Of a stretch of 64,000 bases of DNA, positions 63,816 through 64,000 are shown in pieces. The notes beneath the pieces were generated by a model. The model did not search any database. It saw only the letters and a program-made list of their open reading frames with translations, and was not told the origin of the DNA. The stretch's first letter is position 1, and every line of letters begins with the position of its first letter. The translations under genes and the position numbers were made by a program. Source of the DNA: Camelus ferus (Eukaryota); assembly GCF_009834535.1 (NCBI RefSeq), contig NC_045696.1:2296001-2360000 (forward strand), written 5' to 3'.

Positions 63816-64000
63816 CTTATTGTAAAATGGAAATACTAATTAAAGATTTACAGAACCATGAGCATCCCTGAGGCCTTGGGTTCTTAGCAGTGGGGTTTGA
63901 GAAGCACTGCACTGCATGATTTCTGAAGCAGTTGTAGGGGTTTTGAGATTAATTTCCCAGCAGTTTGATATTAATGAGAAGAGAGTAGACCTCTGTTTCA

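Overview
Mammalian DNA, very probably camelid (eight copies of a tRNA-Ala-like SINE resembling vic-1). It is syntenic with human 21q22.3 but in reverse orientation. It holds three known genes: PDXK coding exons 1-2 (minus strand, gene runs off the left end), the complete 16-exon RRP1B (minus strand; spliced CDS 2241 nt, 746 aa; all introns GT-AG with consistent phase), and the first two coding exons of HSF2BP/MEILB2 (plus strand, head-to-head with RRP1B on one CpG island). The rest is introns and intergenic DNA rich in L1, MaLR/ERV LTR, SINE and MIR remnants. I found no new protein-coding system; the long ORFs in the track outside these exons look like GC-rich noise. The most interesting items are (1) a SINE copy rewritten almost only by A/T-to-G/C changes, suggesting a fossil GC-biased gene conversion hotspot, (2) a 156-bp RRP1B 3'-end duplication flanked by 13-bp direct repeats and carrying an ATTAAA, (3) a four-layer nested LTR/SINE stack upstream of PDXK, including a possible SINE 3' transduction, and (4) a palindromic D-box abutting the PDXK exon 1 donor that also forms a competing splice donor. 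Gene and repeat family names come from recalled similarity, not database searches.
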